From a virus (Duplodnaviria; Caudoviricetes): 63,671 nucleotides of DNA. The number at the start of each line of letters is the position of its first letter. Position 1 is the stretch's first letter. Both the position numbers and the translations under genes were made by a program. Under the pieces are notes generated by a model. The model had not been told where the DNA came from, ran no database searches, and saw nothing but the letters and a program-made list of their open reading frames with translations. Positions 35,301 to 46,400 of this stretch are shown piece after piece. The stretch lies in the IMG/VR virus record IMGVR_UViG_3300042894_002234, positions 1 through 63,671 of that record, one strand, 5' to 3'.

Positions 35301-37444
35301 AGAACATCAAAATGTTTTAATGCTAAATTTAAATTTTCATTTACTTGTTGTAAAGTAACTAAACCTACTACAATATCTCTTTCTTGATAATAATTATTAA
35401 TTTCATCAGCATCAGCATACTCAGGTCCCAATTCAAAATAATCAGGTGGATCATTTGGATACCCATCCATATCATAACCTTCACCGTATGGATTATATGG
35501 ACCATCTGGTTCATCATAATAAATATTATTATTTTGACGATCTTCAATTACATCATCGCTTATACCATTATCTCTAGCATTTATAGCTCTTTGAATGGTT
35601 TGATTATTTAAATCTAGATTATGTTTTTCAAAAAAAGCTATTGTATCATCTAGATGATCTATAGAAGCAGTACCATTATTAGCTCTTGATGTAACTTCTT
35701 TTACTTTTATTTTACCATTAGTTTGTTGAATTTTTCTTCTTTCTAATTCTTCTGTATCGTAGAAAAGAGCATCAATTTCTTCATCCTCTTGCTGAGTATC
35801 AGGATATGCTTCTATACCAGCTACTGTTACACCATTAACAATTAATAAATAGTTGTCATAATTTTCTACATAATGTTCTGTCATAGAACTTGCTGTACAC
35901 CAAGTATGAGGAGATAATTTTCTAAGGAGTTCTACATTTTTTTTAAATGCACTTTTTTCTTTATCCCAGTCTTCTGGTTTATAAGTTTTAAGATCATTTT
36001 CAAGTTTATTTAACTTTTCTTCTGTCTCTTTTATTTGTTTTTCTATATAGTCTTGATTATAAGATTCAATTTGACTTTCTAGTTGATATATTCTATTTTT
36101 AGCATCAGCATCATATGCACTATATGGATAGTCTTCTACTTCTTTTTCCCATAACTCTTCTGCTTGTTTTTTGGTTATAGGTACAATTTTAGTAGATGGT
36201 CTTCCGTTTTCTGTATTATATCCATGAATATAGTAACCTTCATAATTTTGTCCTAATTCATTAACATGTGGTTTATTATCTTTATTCCATCTTGAATAAG
36301 TACTTTCAGTTCTTACATAATCGTATTCTTGAAATCCATATTTATTAGCATCTGTTCTACTAAGATTTATTTCCTGTTTAAAAAATATTTTTTCTTTACT
36401 TTTTAATTCTTCTAGTTCATTAACTAAATTATTATAATAATCAGGTTTTTGTTTTTGTTTTAAAATTTCTAAGTAGTCATTATTTTGTTCAATTACTAAT
36501 TCTGTACTATCCTTAAAACGTTCATAACTATCATATCCTAAAGTATTTCCAGAAGATGTTCTTGGAACATGTACCCAATATCCATTACCACTAGCAGAAG
36601 GTTCATGACCTATAGCATCAGAAACAGACGCTAAAACTTCTTGATCATATAATTTACCTAATCTATTAGCTTCATTAGGTTTATTCATTAGAATACCATA
36701 TGTATTTGTTAAAGCTACTTTGCTTAATTGTAATACATACTTAGCTCTTCTATTTGGATTATTTAGATATTTAATAGCATGTGTTAACATTATATCTTGA
36801 AAGACTAATGGATAATCTGCTAAGGCTGCTTTCCATTCTCTAAAGCTTTCTAATGCTAATGGATTAAACTTAAATTCTAAATATTTATTTTCATCTAGTT
36901 TTCTATTATAAACTTTTTCAATTAACTCTTCTATTTGTTTTGTACTTGTAATGTATTTAGGATGTCCAATTCTACTTTTATTGATACCAAGCCAATTGAT
37001 TAATAATGGATCTGTAATACCATTTGCATAAAGAACATCTTTCATTGCAAATGAAATACCATCACTTCCTAATATTTCATCAGGAACAGTACTTACAATT
37101 TCAATACTATTGAATATTTCTATTGGTAATTTTTTAATCTCATTTTCAAACTCAGGATTGACTACACTATTTTTTCCAAAGTATTTTTCTGGATGCATGA
37201 TATAGTCATATACCTGATAGTTAATCTCATCGTTTACATCATATATATTTGAAACAGTATCAATTTCCTTTAGATAATCAATTGTTTGTTGAAACTCATC
37301 TGTAAAAGTTCCAGCGTATTCTAATAGTGCTTCTTCTTCACTCATAGTATTTCTAATACTTTGATATAAAATAGAAGGTTCATTATTACTAGCTAGTACT
37401 CTTTTTACAGTACCGTTATCATTTCTAATTATTCTACAAGCCAT
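29324..37444 (-). CDS. Giant virion/ejection polyvalent protein (2706 aa) with two zincin-like domains
   Basis: HEVAH (about 34946-34960) and HEFSH (about 34316-34330); hydrophobic C-terminal segments; follows the vRNAP gene, as in crAss-like phages. Confidence 0.75.
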   Translation of the reverse strand: MACRIIRNDNGTVKRVLASNNEPSILYQSIRNTMSEEEALLEYAGTFTDEFQQTIDYLKEIDTVSNIYDVNDEINYQVYDYIMHPEKYFGKNSVVNPEFENEIKKLPIEIFNSIEIVSTVPDEILGSDGISFAMKDVLYANGITDPLLINWLGINKSRIGHPKYITSTKQIEELIEKVYNRKLDENKYLEFKFNPLALESFREWKAALADYPLVFQDIMLTHAIKYLNNPNRRAKYVLQLSKVALTNTYGILMNKPNEANRLGKLYDQEVLASVSDAIGHEPSASGNGYWVHVPRTSSGNTLGYDSYERFKDSTELVIEQNNDYLEILKQKQKPDYYNNLVNELEELKSKEKIFFKQEINLSRTDANKYGFQEYDYVRTESTYSRWNKDNKPHVNELGQNYEGYYIHGYNTENGRPSTKIVPITKKQAEELWEKEVEDYPYSAYDADAKNRIYQLESQIESYNQDYIEKQIKETEEKLNKLENDLKTYKPEDWDKEKSAFKKNVELLRKLSPHTWCTASSMTEHYVENYDNYLLIVNGVTVAGIEAYPDTQQEDEEIDALFYDTEELERRKIQQTNGKIKVKEVTSRANNGTASIDHLDDTIAFFEKHNLDLNNQTIQRAINARDNGISDDVIEDRQNNNIYYDEPDGPYNPYGEGYDMDGYPNDPPDYFELGPEYADADEINNYYQERDIVVGLVTLQQVNENLNLALKHFDVLLPEFKNNEDLARQAVENHSHNIKHINIDAPYYNELARIAVEKSPYVFEYLSDEGKNIEGLREIWNTYNEGLIDELPFSKTNNNLIQGYYDANNDKVVVVESNTPIEEAAKVAIHEVAHRGMLRMAKELGGVNELASALFAAEKQLMQKLPELLQRTGHKNLDSLLLDYGFNKNTRDGKIKLLMELTARWAETLVDKSQPSWWKQLIKNITNWIKQFTGKTLNEQEVNDLVGGFVRYGTKNSNSSAQFNETQHDIDENIAPQLLDQISERLSRNLGGVPYNLITEVDAISLLSETQEKYNGQPAFFYNGQVYFIKDKLNLENVFHEFSHPFIKAIKKTNPTLFNKLFDTLSQTQEGQEIIRTVKEYYKYDENSEDFKEEVLVRALTTRARNNELNAQESTEFTKFIDKLMYAIKQLMRKVFGKIKIDKLNANTNLDQLAKMLNNDSFEISSEIITESEKADFNTMQDSVKDLMAKASDTLLQSNIDKLFKLIGSGKQIMKEAEKRHAGLKESISKEKLEAPFQEESSTLSKYQTYTKTNEAPLDLVNYRKSQIEALVLSLQSYNDSIEKIILEINRSRSDVDSVLTISKNMYFLKNLSQTLETFDEIKQQMVDEGISVSSPVFELLNKASNNAKIGMTAVYAQNEAAIPGILAPHLKGINEVLNKEFDKSIAEMVARGATTEQIAAKERERDSYIRDENTLARVISGKTPEPSGLGLSILVESAVSSPDELISSFALYVKEALIDVELNATKNFNDFLAETRKLLKDAGLDDFKLVSKLGKIITYTEELGYKDPKTGEFKTHKVHRFLNPFKGYEVVLSKFKYDIDAALESGDTELASTLEVERQEWKRTYMHDKWKPEVYKIYDVFKKTYVNDAGVTVEIGKMARERYDKIMEDINNGVKLIDNELERIEIDNRIKIDTLWVEYKKLFSEYDNDGNLKTGDEMGITQTLLEYRTERKKYFEWESDEDPESMPIYRFKKARSLFEAQLLTKYPDRFDPEYVKKLQEWDDMNTRKVIDKQFYVDKALIIEKINAIYNSLSGSFAEDSKIVEKTKEYWNLIIDQLYAYRDEENHPNGILVSKEKIAKIKEAQEKIQELQDMIKNGNGLSRGEAREYRELKDLSESGRDLTQKQLEDLEQFEIRSSISTIPKGVKQDLKMLYDELSSLQSKKATDYYLEVYNHQIDLHNNRQTAKGLPITVKHFDRFDIDDLARERGFVESMIKKDPEFEEWFMANHNEVERWDDELQMRVKRFERLFLWNQIEPRDPKYVKSMNWKETDKHVHIWGLPSLAYYKQNIKPEFATEEILGVTVDNKEQYLPRLDVPNSPYINQAYFDLKDNNEGAFNILEKIKEFHLKFQEKAPASDKLYMDVPRYEKTSKELTETNKFLSSQGSAAKIAIKNFVNKFRPNAEDTDEGLGIEDKFKLTKLDFFDEDEQKIHISGKTLMDDDQVSLDVITSVLRHMHSIERASKLSEIEPIAKGLMQLLNDPKNQPKDTTKASWYHWITHKIPVFANKRGENIRAKAIKGLIDRTFYNVQQTGFGSDALVLQKLSKVMMQAASFGFFALDIPSGVKNRFGQQLQQAIELAAGTSYDGKSFLKGKMIASKAMMQISGSIYSKGKLPYYAQLVNAFDPSQGMAMEKLPEYITRSIYKDVASPTNILMSPRKFMEIEATLEYFFGVMEFTKVEQTINGVTTEIPYHEAFELVDDRLTLKEGIDEKWGLGGSEFKRKRIFIQEKQNILNGVYSKFDQPEGNRYLFYRMFMFLRKFFITGMVNRFGFSGSLFAPRFRRNNASQTLEMGYWIQSARALSKMLVTYGKHWHYMRPSEKGAVYKALTEIALLTILSALIPMLFGWDGDDDDKYEKLRERQGGPLGSKDFKAFGWLANHLLYQTMSVASENSQYYKVGFYSDMLSNFNLANGPSLQTYGKILGDVIMMVQGDDSAYYSKDVGPYSWQKAESAKILNHIGKAFALTGKTIDPSKAIQDFVSAENIYK

Positions 37445-37446
37445 GA

Positions 37447-40400
37447 TTAAAAATTACAAGAGTTATTTAATTCGTCTAAGATAGCATGAGATTTTATTCT
37501 AATACTATTGATCACATCTGTTGATGTTAAAAAAGAATCACTATTCATCATTTCACGAATAGTAAGTTTACTACTGCCTTTGTCAAAACCTGGATTTCTA
37601 ACATTGAATTTTTCAAATAGTGCTTCAGATAATTGAGCAGTTCCAGCATCATTCATTCCTTTAAGTCCAGACACAGGTATAATAACTGGTCCAGAAAACT
37701 CAGCATTTTTAATTTGTTCAGGAGTATTAAAGGTTGATACATTACTTGCTTTAACTGTAACTGGAATTTTATCACCTGATGTAAAAATAAATAATTTATC
37801 ATCATGTGTCTCAGCCAATTTCAAAACTGTATTTGTAAAATATTTAGGATCCTTTGATTTAGTTGCTTGTTCTCTAATCAAATCTATATCAATTAAATAT
37901 AAGAAATCATTTACTTTCTTCAAAGTATTATCTGATGGTATTACATTTTCATATCTAGTTACTGGTTCAGATACACCTTGTGATACATATTGTTTATTTC
38001 TATTAGAGCTATCAGATGAAAAACCAGGTTTCTTTGAAAATTTTTCTGTTCCACCTGCTCTAACAAGACCTAATCTATTCTTTAAAAACTTCTCAGTGAA
38101 TGTGTTTATATTTCTTTCAACAACAGAATAATCAGGATTATTCAAAATTCTATTAGTAGCCTGCTTAATTTTTTCATTATTAGTAAAGCTTAGAATCTTT
38201 TCTTGAGATATAATAGAATTTAATGAATACTTAGTATTTGAACTAAATCCACTAGATAATATTACATAGTACTGGAACTTTTCAAAGAACTCAGATATTG
38301 CTTTATTAACATGTATATCATCATTTTTAATAACATCAATGTTAGCTAATCTATTTAGTTCTTCATTATAGTTAGTTGTAGTATCTGCATCAGGTTTACC
38401 TTCTTTAAATACTAAATTAGTAATACCAGATTCCTTAGAATAACTTGTAGTCAAAGCATCAAGAATAGTATAATCTTTCTTTAAATATGAATATTCAGGA
38501 TCTCTTAACATATTCATTAGTTGTATAGCATATCCATTATTAGGATCTTCCATATATGAATATGAATTAAGAATATTCTTTAATGCTTTATTAGTAATGT
38601 GATCTTCAACTACTTTAAGTTGTAAAGCTAAAAGAACATCTTTATTTAATATATACTCTTGATACTCATTTCCTTTAAGTTTCTTTAAATTTTCATATAG
38701 TACTTCTCCTGTTGAAGCATCTACAAAATCAACAAGCCCGTATTTGTTTACTTCAAATGTACCAACAGTATCATTTATCTTTTTATTTTCACCAATATCC
38801 GTTCTTAATTTTTGACTGCTAGCTGTAAATAAAAATTCTTTTTTAGTTTTAATTATATTAGATAGTATCTTATCAAAATTAGTTATATCTGTAGATTTCA
38901 ATATACTCCTTTGATATTCTCTTTCCATTACAAAATGTACATACTCACTGAAGTTATTATTGAATGTTTTAGGACTCATTTTAGTTAAAGTATAACTTGT
39001 GTCCTCTGCAGTCTTAACTAATATAGAGTAAGCACCTGTATTGTTATTAGAATAATCTCCATTTTTAAACTGTTCAGCTAATATTTCCATATCAACATAC
39101 ATCTTATCATCTTGAATAAAGACTCCTGTAGGAATGTATCCTGGAATATTAGTTCCCTTAGTGGGAACTTGTTCTACTTTAGTTGATTTTGGTGATACCC
39201 ATCTTGAATAACCATTGAGTTTTTCTTCAGTATATCCTTTTTGTTCTAAATATTTAGCAACAGTTTCATCAGATAAATTACCTTTAGAATATTGATTACC
39301 TATTCTAAAAGAAGCACCAGCCTCTATAGCTTTATTTAATAAAGGTTTATATTTTTCAGATAATGTTTTTTTAATTGCTGCTGCTTCTTCAGTTTTATCT
39401 ACACCACCTCTACCAAAATTACCGCTACCTGATACCATGATTGTATCATTAGCAGTATATTCTCCAGTATTAGCTTTGTTACCCCAAGCTTTAGCATATT
39501 TATCTGTAGAAGATACATTACCTTCTTTCATTATAGTACCGAATCCAATAAACTGAGTAGATTCAGATGCCATCTGAATATCTTTAGCAGCATTACCAGA
39601 CATATCACTAGGTTTGATTCCTGCTTCTACTAATGGATTAGTAGATTCTTGAGTAGTAGGTTCTTCATACTTTTTAGAATTAGTTAAACCACTTACTCCT
39701 GCTCCTCTATCTACTAGTTCTGTAGCAATACCCAACTTAGTTTGCAATTCATTCTGTAACCATTCTGCAAACCTTGTAGGCAACTTAGCTTTTTCCATTG
39801 CAAAACCACCAGTAGGAACTATAATTCTTTCATACTTAGAATTAACAATATTGTTTATTAATTCAGTATTGAGTTCTTTAAACTTAGTAAAGTCTGCTTC
39901 AGAATTTGTAAAGTTAGCTCCAGCTTTCTGCATCTTCTTTGTTACAATAGCTAATGCATTAGGATTTCTTTCTCCTTGTTTATTAGTTCTAATAACAGCC
40001 TGGGTTGTTGATACATTATAATCAGTACCTAGTTTTTCTGCATTCTCAGTAAAAATGAAACCATACTTTGGATAGTCTTCTGGAGTTTCCTTAGTGTAAT
40101 TCTTTTTAGCAAAATGTAGTTTATCAGTAGGTAAAGACTTAGTTGCTTTTTTATTTACAACTCTGTCATATTCTTTACTGTTTACATCAACTATCTCATA
40201 ACCTTTATAAGCTCCAGTTTTAGGATTAAAATCTCTTAATGCTGTTAAAGTAATAGCTGTTGTAAAATCATTTTTATATTCAGATATTAATTTATCATTT
40301 CCACCAAAAATTTCTTTTACTCTATCATATATATTAGAACCAAATACTAAACTGTTCTTATAGAAATTCAATAGATACTTATTTAAGTTAGGATGATTTC

Positions 40401-43400
40401 TAACTTTAAACATATCTCCAAACATCTCCATTTGCATTTCACTGACATCAAAGTTGTGAAGAATAGTATCATTATATAATGCTTTTAATTTATCCTTTGG
40501 AAATATCTTAAGAACATTTGCCTCATCTTCATCCTCTTCTATAATACTATCTTTCTTTACAGTTCTTGCATAAGCATCATACATTGTAGTAGATGTCTTA
40601 GTATCAAAGTTTAATGCAGATTTGATTTTAAATAGACCATTTGCAACATCTAATATTTCTAAAAAGTGTGCAAATACAGCCATATCTGTTTCATTACGTT
40701 GCCATGCAGGATCTAAACTAGCTTCTAATCTATCTTTTAATTCCTTTTCAGTTATATTCTCAATTCCTTTTGTAAGGTCTATAATCTCATCATATAATTT
40801 ATGACCAGTAGTATATTGATCTAAACCTAACATTCTAGTTTTAAGTTTAAATTCATTCTCTGGTAAATTATTTTTAACTACTACTTCACCTTTATCATTT
40901 TGTTCTAATTCTTGAGATAAAGCAGCTAACGGGCTTTTCATTTTCTTAAGAGTATCAAAGTACTCTCTTACTAATGGATTAGCCAAGAAATACACAGCTT
41001 GTTTAAATGGTACACCAGCTTGAACTAAATACAATAAAGATGGTGATGCTTCAGGAGTACCCATTACATATGCAATCCAAGGATCTTTAGCAACATCTAC
41101 CCATCCATTAATCAACTGATTAATTAAATCTGAGATCTTAGTACCTTCTGTATTAAATATATTAGATAGAGATATATTACCATTATTCATTTTATTATGG
41201 TTTAATAGTAGTCTATTCTTTCTTGTTTGATATACAAGTTTACCTGTTTTTTTATCTGTTCTACTGTGCTCAAATGTATCATTTAGATACAAACCAACTT
41301 GATTGAATAGTGCATTGTAAGCATTATCTACAGCACCTATACCTAAAGCTTTTTTACCAACTGAGTTAGAGAATTGCTTATAAATATTATATCTTGTTTC
41401 AAATATTTTAGTAGGAGATACCGATCTTGTTTTAACTTTTTTAGCAGGATCTGTTTCTAAATCATCAATGAATTTCATAGATTCAGGATCCTGATTAAAA
41501 TTCTTCTTAGGATTATATGATTTAGCAAAATACTTAAGCATCTCTTTAGACAATGGTTGTACTAAGTCAGTATCATTAGGTCTAATTAATGCTGCAGCAA
41601 TCTCAGGAGCAGATAAAATATTTATGATATCCTGAGTAATATTATTTTCCAATCCAGCATTACCTACTGTATCAAGTTTAACTACTGATTTATCTTTACT
41701 TAAAAAGATATTAGGAAAGAATATAGATAACTTATCAATATCAAAGTCACCACCTGACTTACTTACAATCTGTGTTGGTGGAACTACAATGTTACCTGCA
41801 GACTCATCTAAGAATTCTGCAACCTCCATCATTTCCATTGAATTAAATCCTTGAACTGGAATACGTACACCAGTAAGTCTAACCATTGCACCATATTCTT
41901 TCATCCATTTTGGATCTTTCAATGCTAGATTAAGACTCTCTCTGTCTCCAATAACTTTACCATTATGTTTTAGATATAGTAATTTCTTAAACTGTCCTTG
42001 CAATGCAATTTTAACTTGCATTGGTAATGTATTACCAGTATCAGGATCCTTTCTATAAGTCTCAAGTTCATCATATCCATATTTTTCTGCTTCCTCTTTT
42101 GAAACACCTTTCATTCTTTGCATTTCAAAACCTGATACTGCTGCTTGAACTAAAGGTTCTCCATTTACTTTTCTTCTTACAATTCTTTTATTTACAATAG
42201 ATAATAATATCTCTTCAATGTTTTCAGCATTTAAAGCATAAGATAAATCATAAGCAAATTTGCCATTTTCAATTTTGGTAACCGCATCTTGTAAATGTTC
42301 AGGAAAATCTCTTCTAGACATTTCCTTTTTAATAATCTTAGCTAAAGATTCTGCATTAAACTTACCATCTTTCTTAAGTTCAATCTCATCTCTTAATTCT
42401 TGTTTATTAAAATCAATATATTTCTCAATATTTTTTAAATATGATTTTACTAATCTTTCAACATTAGGAGTTAAGGGAACACCTTTTTCAAATAACTCAT
42501 TAATGATTAATTTTCTCATTTGAGTAGAGAATACTACTTCTCCTTTAAACTCATCATTAATAGATACTTGATTACGTAAAAACTTAATATTGATCTCATT
42601 AACAATAAAAGGTGCATCAATAGGCATCGCTGTTCTTGTAGCAAGATCTGAATATAGATTATCAGATTTACCATCTGCATAAGTTCTTGTAGCAGTCTTA
42701 GAACCAGATTTAAATGTAGCATAATGTACATTATCATTCATCATACGTTCATGAAGTAGTTCTAGATTTTTACCTTTAATTACCTTTGGTATAAGTGGCA
42801 TTAATGAAAACTTATGAAGAGCATTTAAATGGTACTTATCAGTTTTAATAGGACCATAATATTGATATTTTCTAGGTGGAAAATACTTCATTACTTCATC
42901 TATACCAATTTCTTTACCTTCTACAATCTTAAGATAAAGATCCTCTTGAGATTGAGACCATTCATTGGATAGTTTTGCTAGCATTCTATATGCATCAAAA
43001 GTTAACCAACCTTGACCATCACCTTCTTTTATTTCATCTGCAAAATATTTCTTAATTGATTTAGCAACTTCTTCATCCACTCTATCTGTTAGTGCTTTAC
43101 CTTTTAGACCAAATGCAGTAAAGTCTTTTGTATATTTTTCTTTAAAGGTATCTGCATATTCTGCAATTAGTTTATCATTCTGAACTTGAATATCATTAAG
43201 AACAGCAGTTCTTACAATACCATCTTTGTCAATTCCATAACTGTTATATCCACGTTTGCTAGCATACTTATTACCAAATAGTTCATTATATCCTCCTATG
43301 ATTTCTTTGTCACTCATAAAAGTTCTACCAGTAGAACCAGCAGAAGAGTTACGTTTATGAAATTCTTCTTTTAATAAATTGTATGCAGAAATATCACCAT

Positions 43401-46400
43401 AGAATAGAATTGTAGATTCTACAAATGATACAAAAGTATTAGCACTATAAGCTCTAACTAATCTATCTGCTTTTTCAGCATCAGACATTTTTAGTTTACC
43501 TGCAGCAGGTTTAACTAATTTGCGAATACTATCTTGATCAAGATATTTCATCTCATCATAAACTTCTTTATTTTGAGAAGTTAGAAATGTCAAGTAAGAT
43601 GATATCTGTTGTTGTAATGATTTATATAAATCACTGTCTTTTGAAAGATTTGCATAGTCTTCAACAGACATGTCATATAACATGTTTTTTTGTTCTGTTG
43701 TTAAGATATCATGAAATATCAAAAACTCTTTTCCTTGATTTTTAAATTCAGGAAAGAAATCTAAATCTGATATAGTATTATTTCTAATGTCTTGTACTCT
43801 TTCATGCTCTGCAGTTAAATAACCAAGCATGATATCAACAAATTTATCATCTGCTGATGGTACATCTTGTAAATATTCTAATGGATTTATAAAATGTGGA
43901 TTATTACCAGTATGGAATGCTAATGCCATTTTCTTATCAGCAGCTCTAGGTACTTCTATATAACCATTATTAATATATGAATAGAAGTCTATATAGAATT
44001 TGGTAGTTGGATCTGTATCAAGAATAGAAACAGAAGTAACATTAACCCCATCTTTATCTAATTGTATACCAGAAAAGTTACTAAGATTTAAAGTATCTAT
44101 TCTGGAACCTAAACTATCTCCAAATAGTTTTTTAAACATTTGAGAATGTCTAACCATTGGATTTCTAGTAGGATTATAATGAGCAAACTCGGGCTTATTA
44201 TAAAAATCAACAAAATTGTTTACTTCGTTAATACCATTCTTTGTAATAGTAATAGTGTTGTTAAGTATGTTCTCATATTGTCTATTACCTTCAGCATTTA
44301 GTAAACTAAAAGTACTAACTATATCTTCTACTTTAAGATATGATTCAATAACTGTATTGATTACATTAGATTGATTTTCTCCTTTTGTATTTGTTAAATA
44401 GTTAATATGATCAGGAATAAGATTAGTTGATACCCCTTTGTTAGTATATGCTAATAACATTTTATATACAAACTTAGCACCTACTAGCACAGTTGTGTTA
44501 GTTAGTAATTCTTTATACTCTTCTGACTTACCAACAGGAATACCAATAGCTTTATAAAATTCAACTGCCGTATTAAATTTAGCTTTATCACTTGCTTTGT
44601 TATATTTATCTCCAAAAGCATCATCAAATCTATCAATCAACTTTTGTTTATCTATTACTCTAGCACCACTATGGTCCCTTGTAGTTATTGGATTTAGCCT
44701 ATCAAAAGCAAATTCTTGAGCAAATTTTCTTTTAGTATTAGATAGATCTAATTTACCTTGTGTGTTATATAGAGTATAGCCAAATTCTAAATTTTCATAA
44801 TCTGATTTCTGTTCTAGTCTAGTAATGATTAATGGTAATGATGTAGTATTAAAACTATTAGCAAATAAGATCCAAGCATTTAGAACCTCTTTATTCTGTA
44901 CAGCTTCTCCAATATTAATATTACCTAGTTTAGATAGTAGTTCAGCAATTTCATAAGAACCATTGCTACTCATTTCTTCAAGTGTACGTTTAATAGACAT
45001 TACACCAGAATTGTTATTTAAGTTTCTTATAAGAGTTCCTAAAGTTTTATTGAATTTAGTTAGCTTAGGAAAACCTAAATCATTCATCTCTACCTCACCA
45101 TTTGAATCATATTGTTTTAATGTTCTAATTAAAAACAATACTTTTTCATTAGCCATATCTTCAAATGAAACTTCACCATTCTGTTGTAGCTCTTTTTGAA
45201 TTTGTGAATCTAAACTAAAATTATTTTCATCATTATCATCTAATGTTTTAGTTTTAAAATCTAATAACTTAGAGCGTCTAAGATGGTATGAAATAGTTGT
45301 ACTATCGTTTAATCTTTTGTTATCAATCGTATCATTAATATCTCCAAAATCATCAATAGCAGTTTGCAATACACTTAAAGCATATTCGTTTTTATTTACA
45401 TCTGTACTTAAATCAACTATTTTTTCTTCAATGATTTGTTTGATATTAGTATATAGATTTTTGATTGATTGACTAGAACTTAAAAATTCACCAATTAATA
45501 TTCTTCCTCTTTCTTTAGAAAAATTCTCTAGTATATTAGATAGAATGGCATCCATAGAATCAGATACCTCATTTGATTGAGCTATTGTTAACTGATTACC
45601 TTTTTCTGCAGAACCAATAGGTGATGCTAATGAACCAAACATAATGTTTGCTGCATTAGGTTTCTTATCTAATATTTTACCTCCAGATAAATTATCATAT
45701 AGTCTTTTTACTTCTTTTAATGAATTAAAATCTATTTGAGTCTGTTCATATGAAACATTATCAAACAACCAGTTTAAGAATTTAAGAATCTTAGCAAAAA
45801 CTTTATTAGTTACTGGTCTTTGTCCAAAGACTTTAGTTCCGTTAGATAACTTATATTGTCTAAAGTCCTCAGCTAAAAATTCTTCTATTTGAACAGGTTT
45901 AGCATCTGAGAATTTAATTCTTCCACCTCCTGGTAAAAGAAATGTTCCAGACATTTTTCCAATCTCTCTATATAAATTATTCTTTTCATCTTTTGTTAAA
46001 AATAATTGAGAAAAACCATGCCAAGCTTCATGATACAAATCTGTATAGTTAGAACCATAATATAAAATTATTCCTGTTCTACTCCAAACAGCTTTTGCAT
46101 TTGAATTCATTGTTTTAAACATTGGTTCAAAAGGAACTACACTTCTTAAGTATTCATTTTCCTCAGAGTTATACCAATCTAATGCAGCTTGCTTTTGTTT
46201 TTCAGAAGCTTCAGAACTCATGCCCTTTACCTTCATCAAACTTTCAGGATCTATATTCCTAATAATTTTATCAATAGCACTTGGTTTTTTAGATGGTAAC
46301 TCTGCACTCTTTTCTAATCCTAATTCTTTTTTGGTATCAGGATCAATCTCAAAATTTAGATAAGAATTAAATAGTTGGACTTTACCATCATCATTTAATG

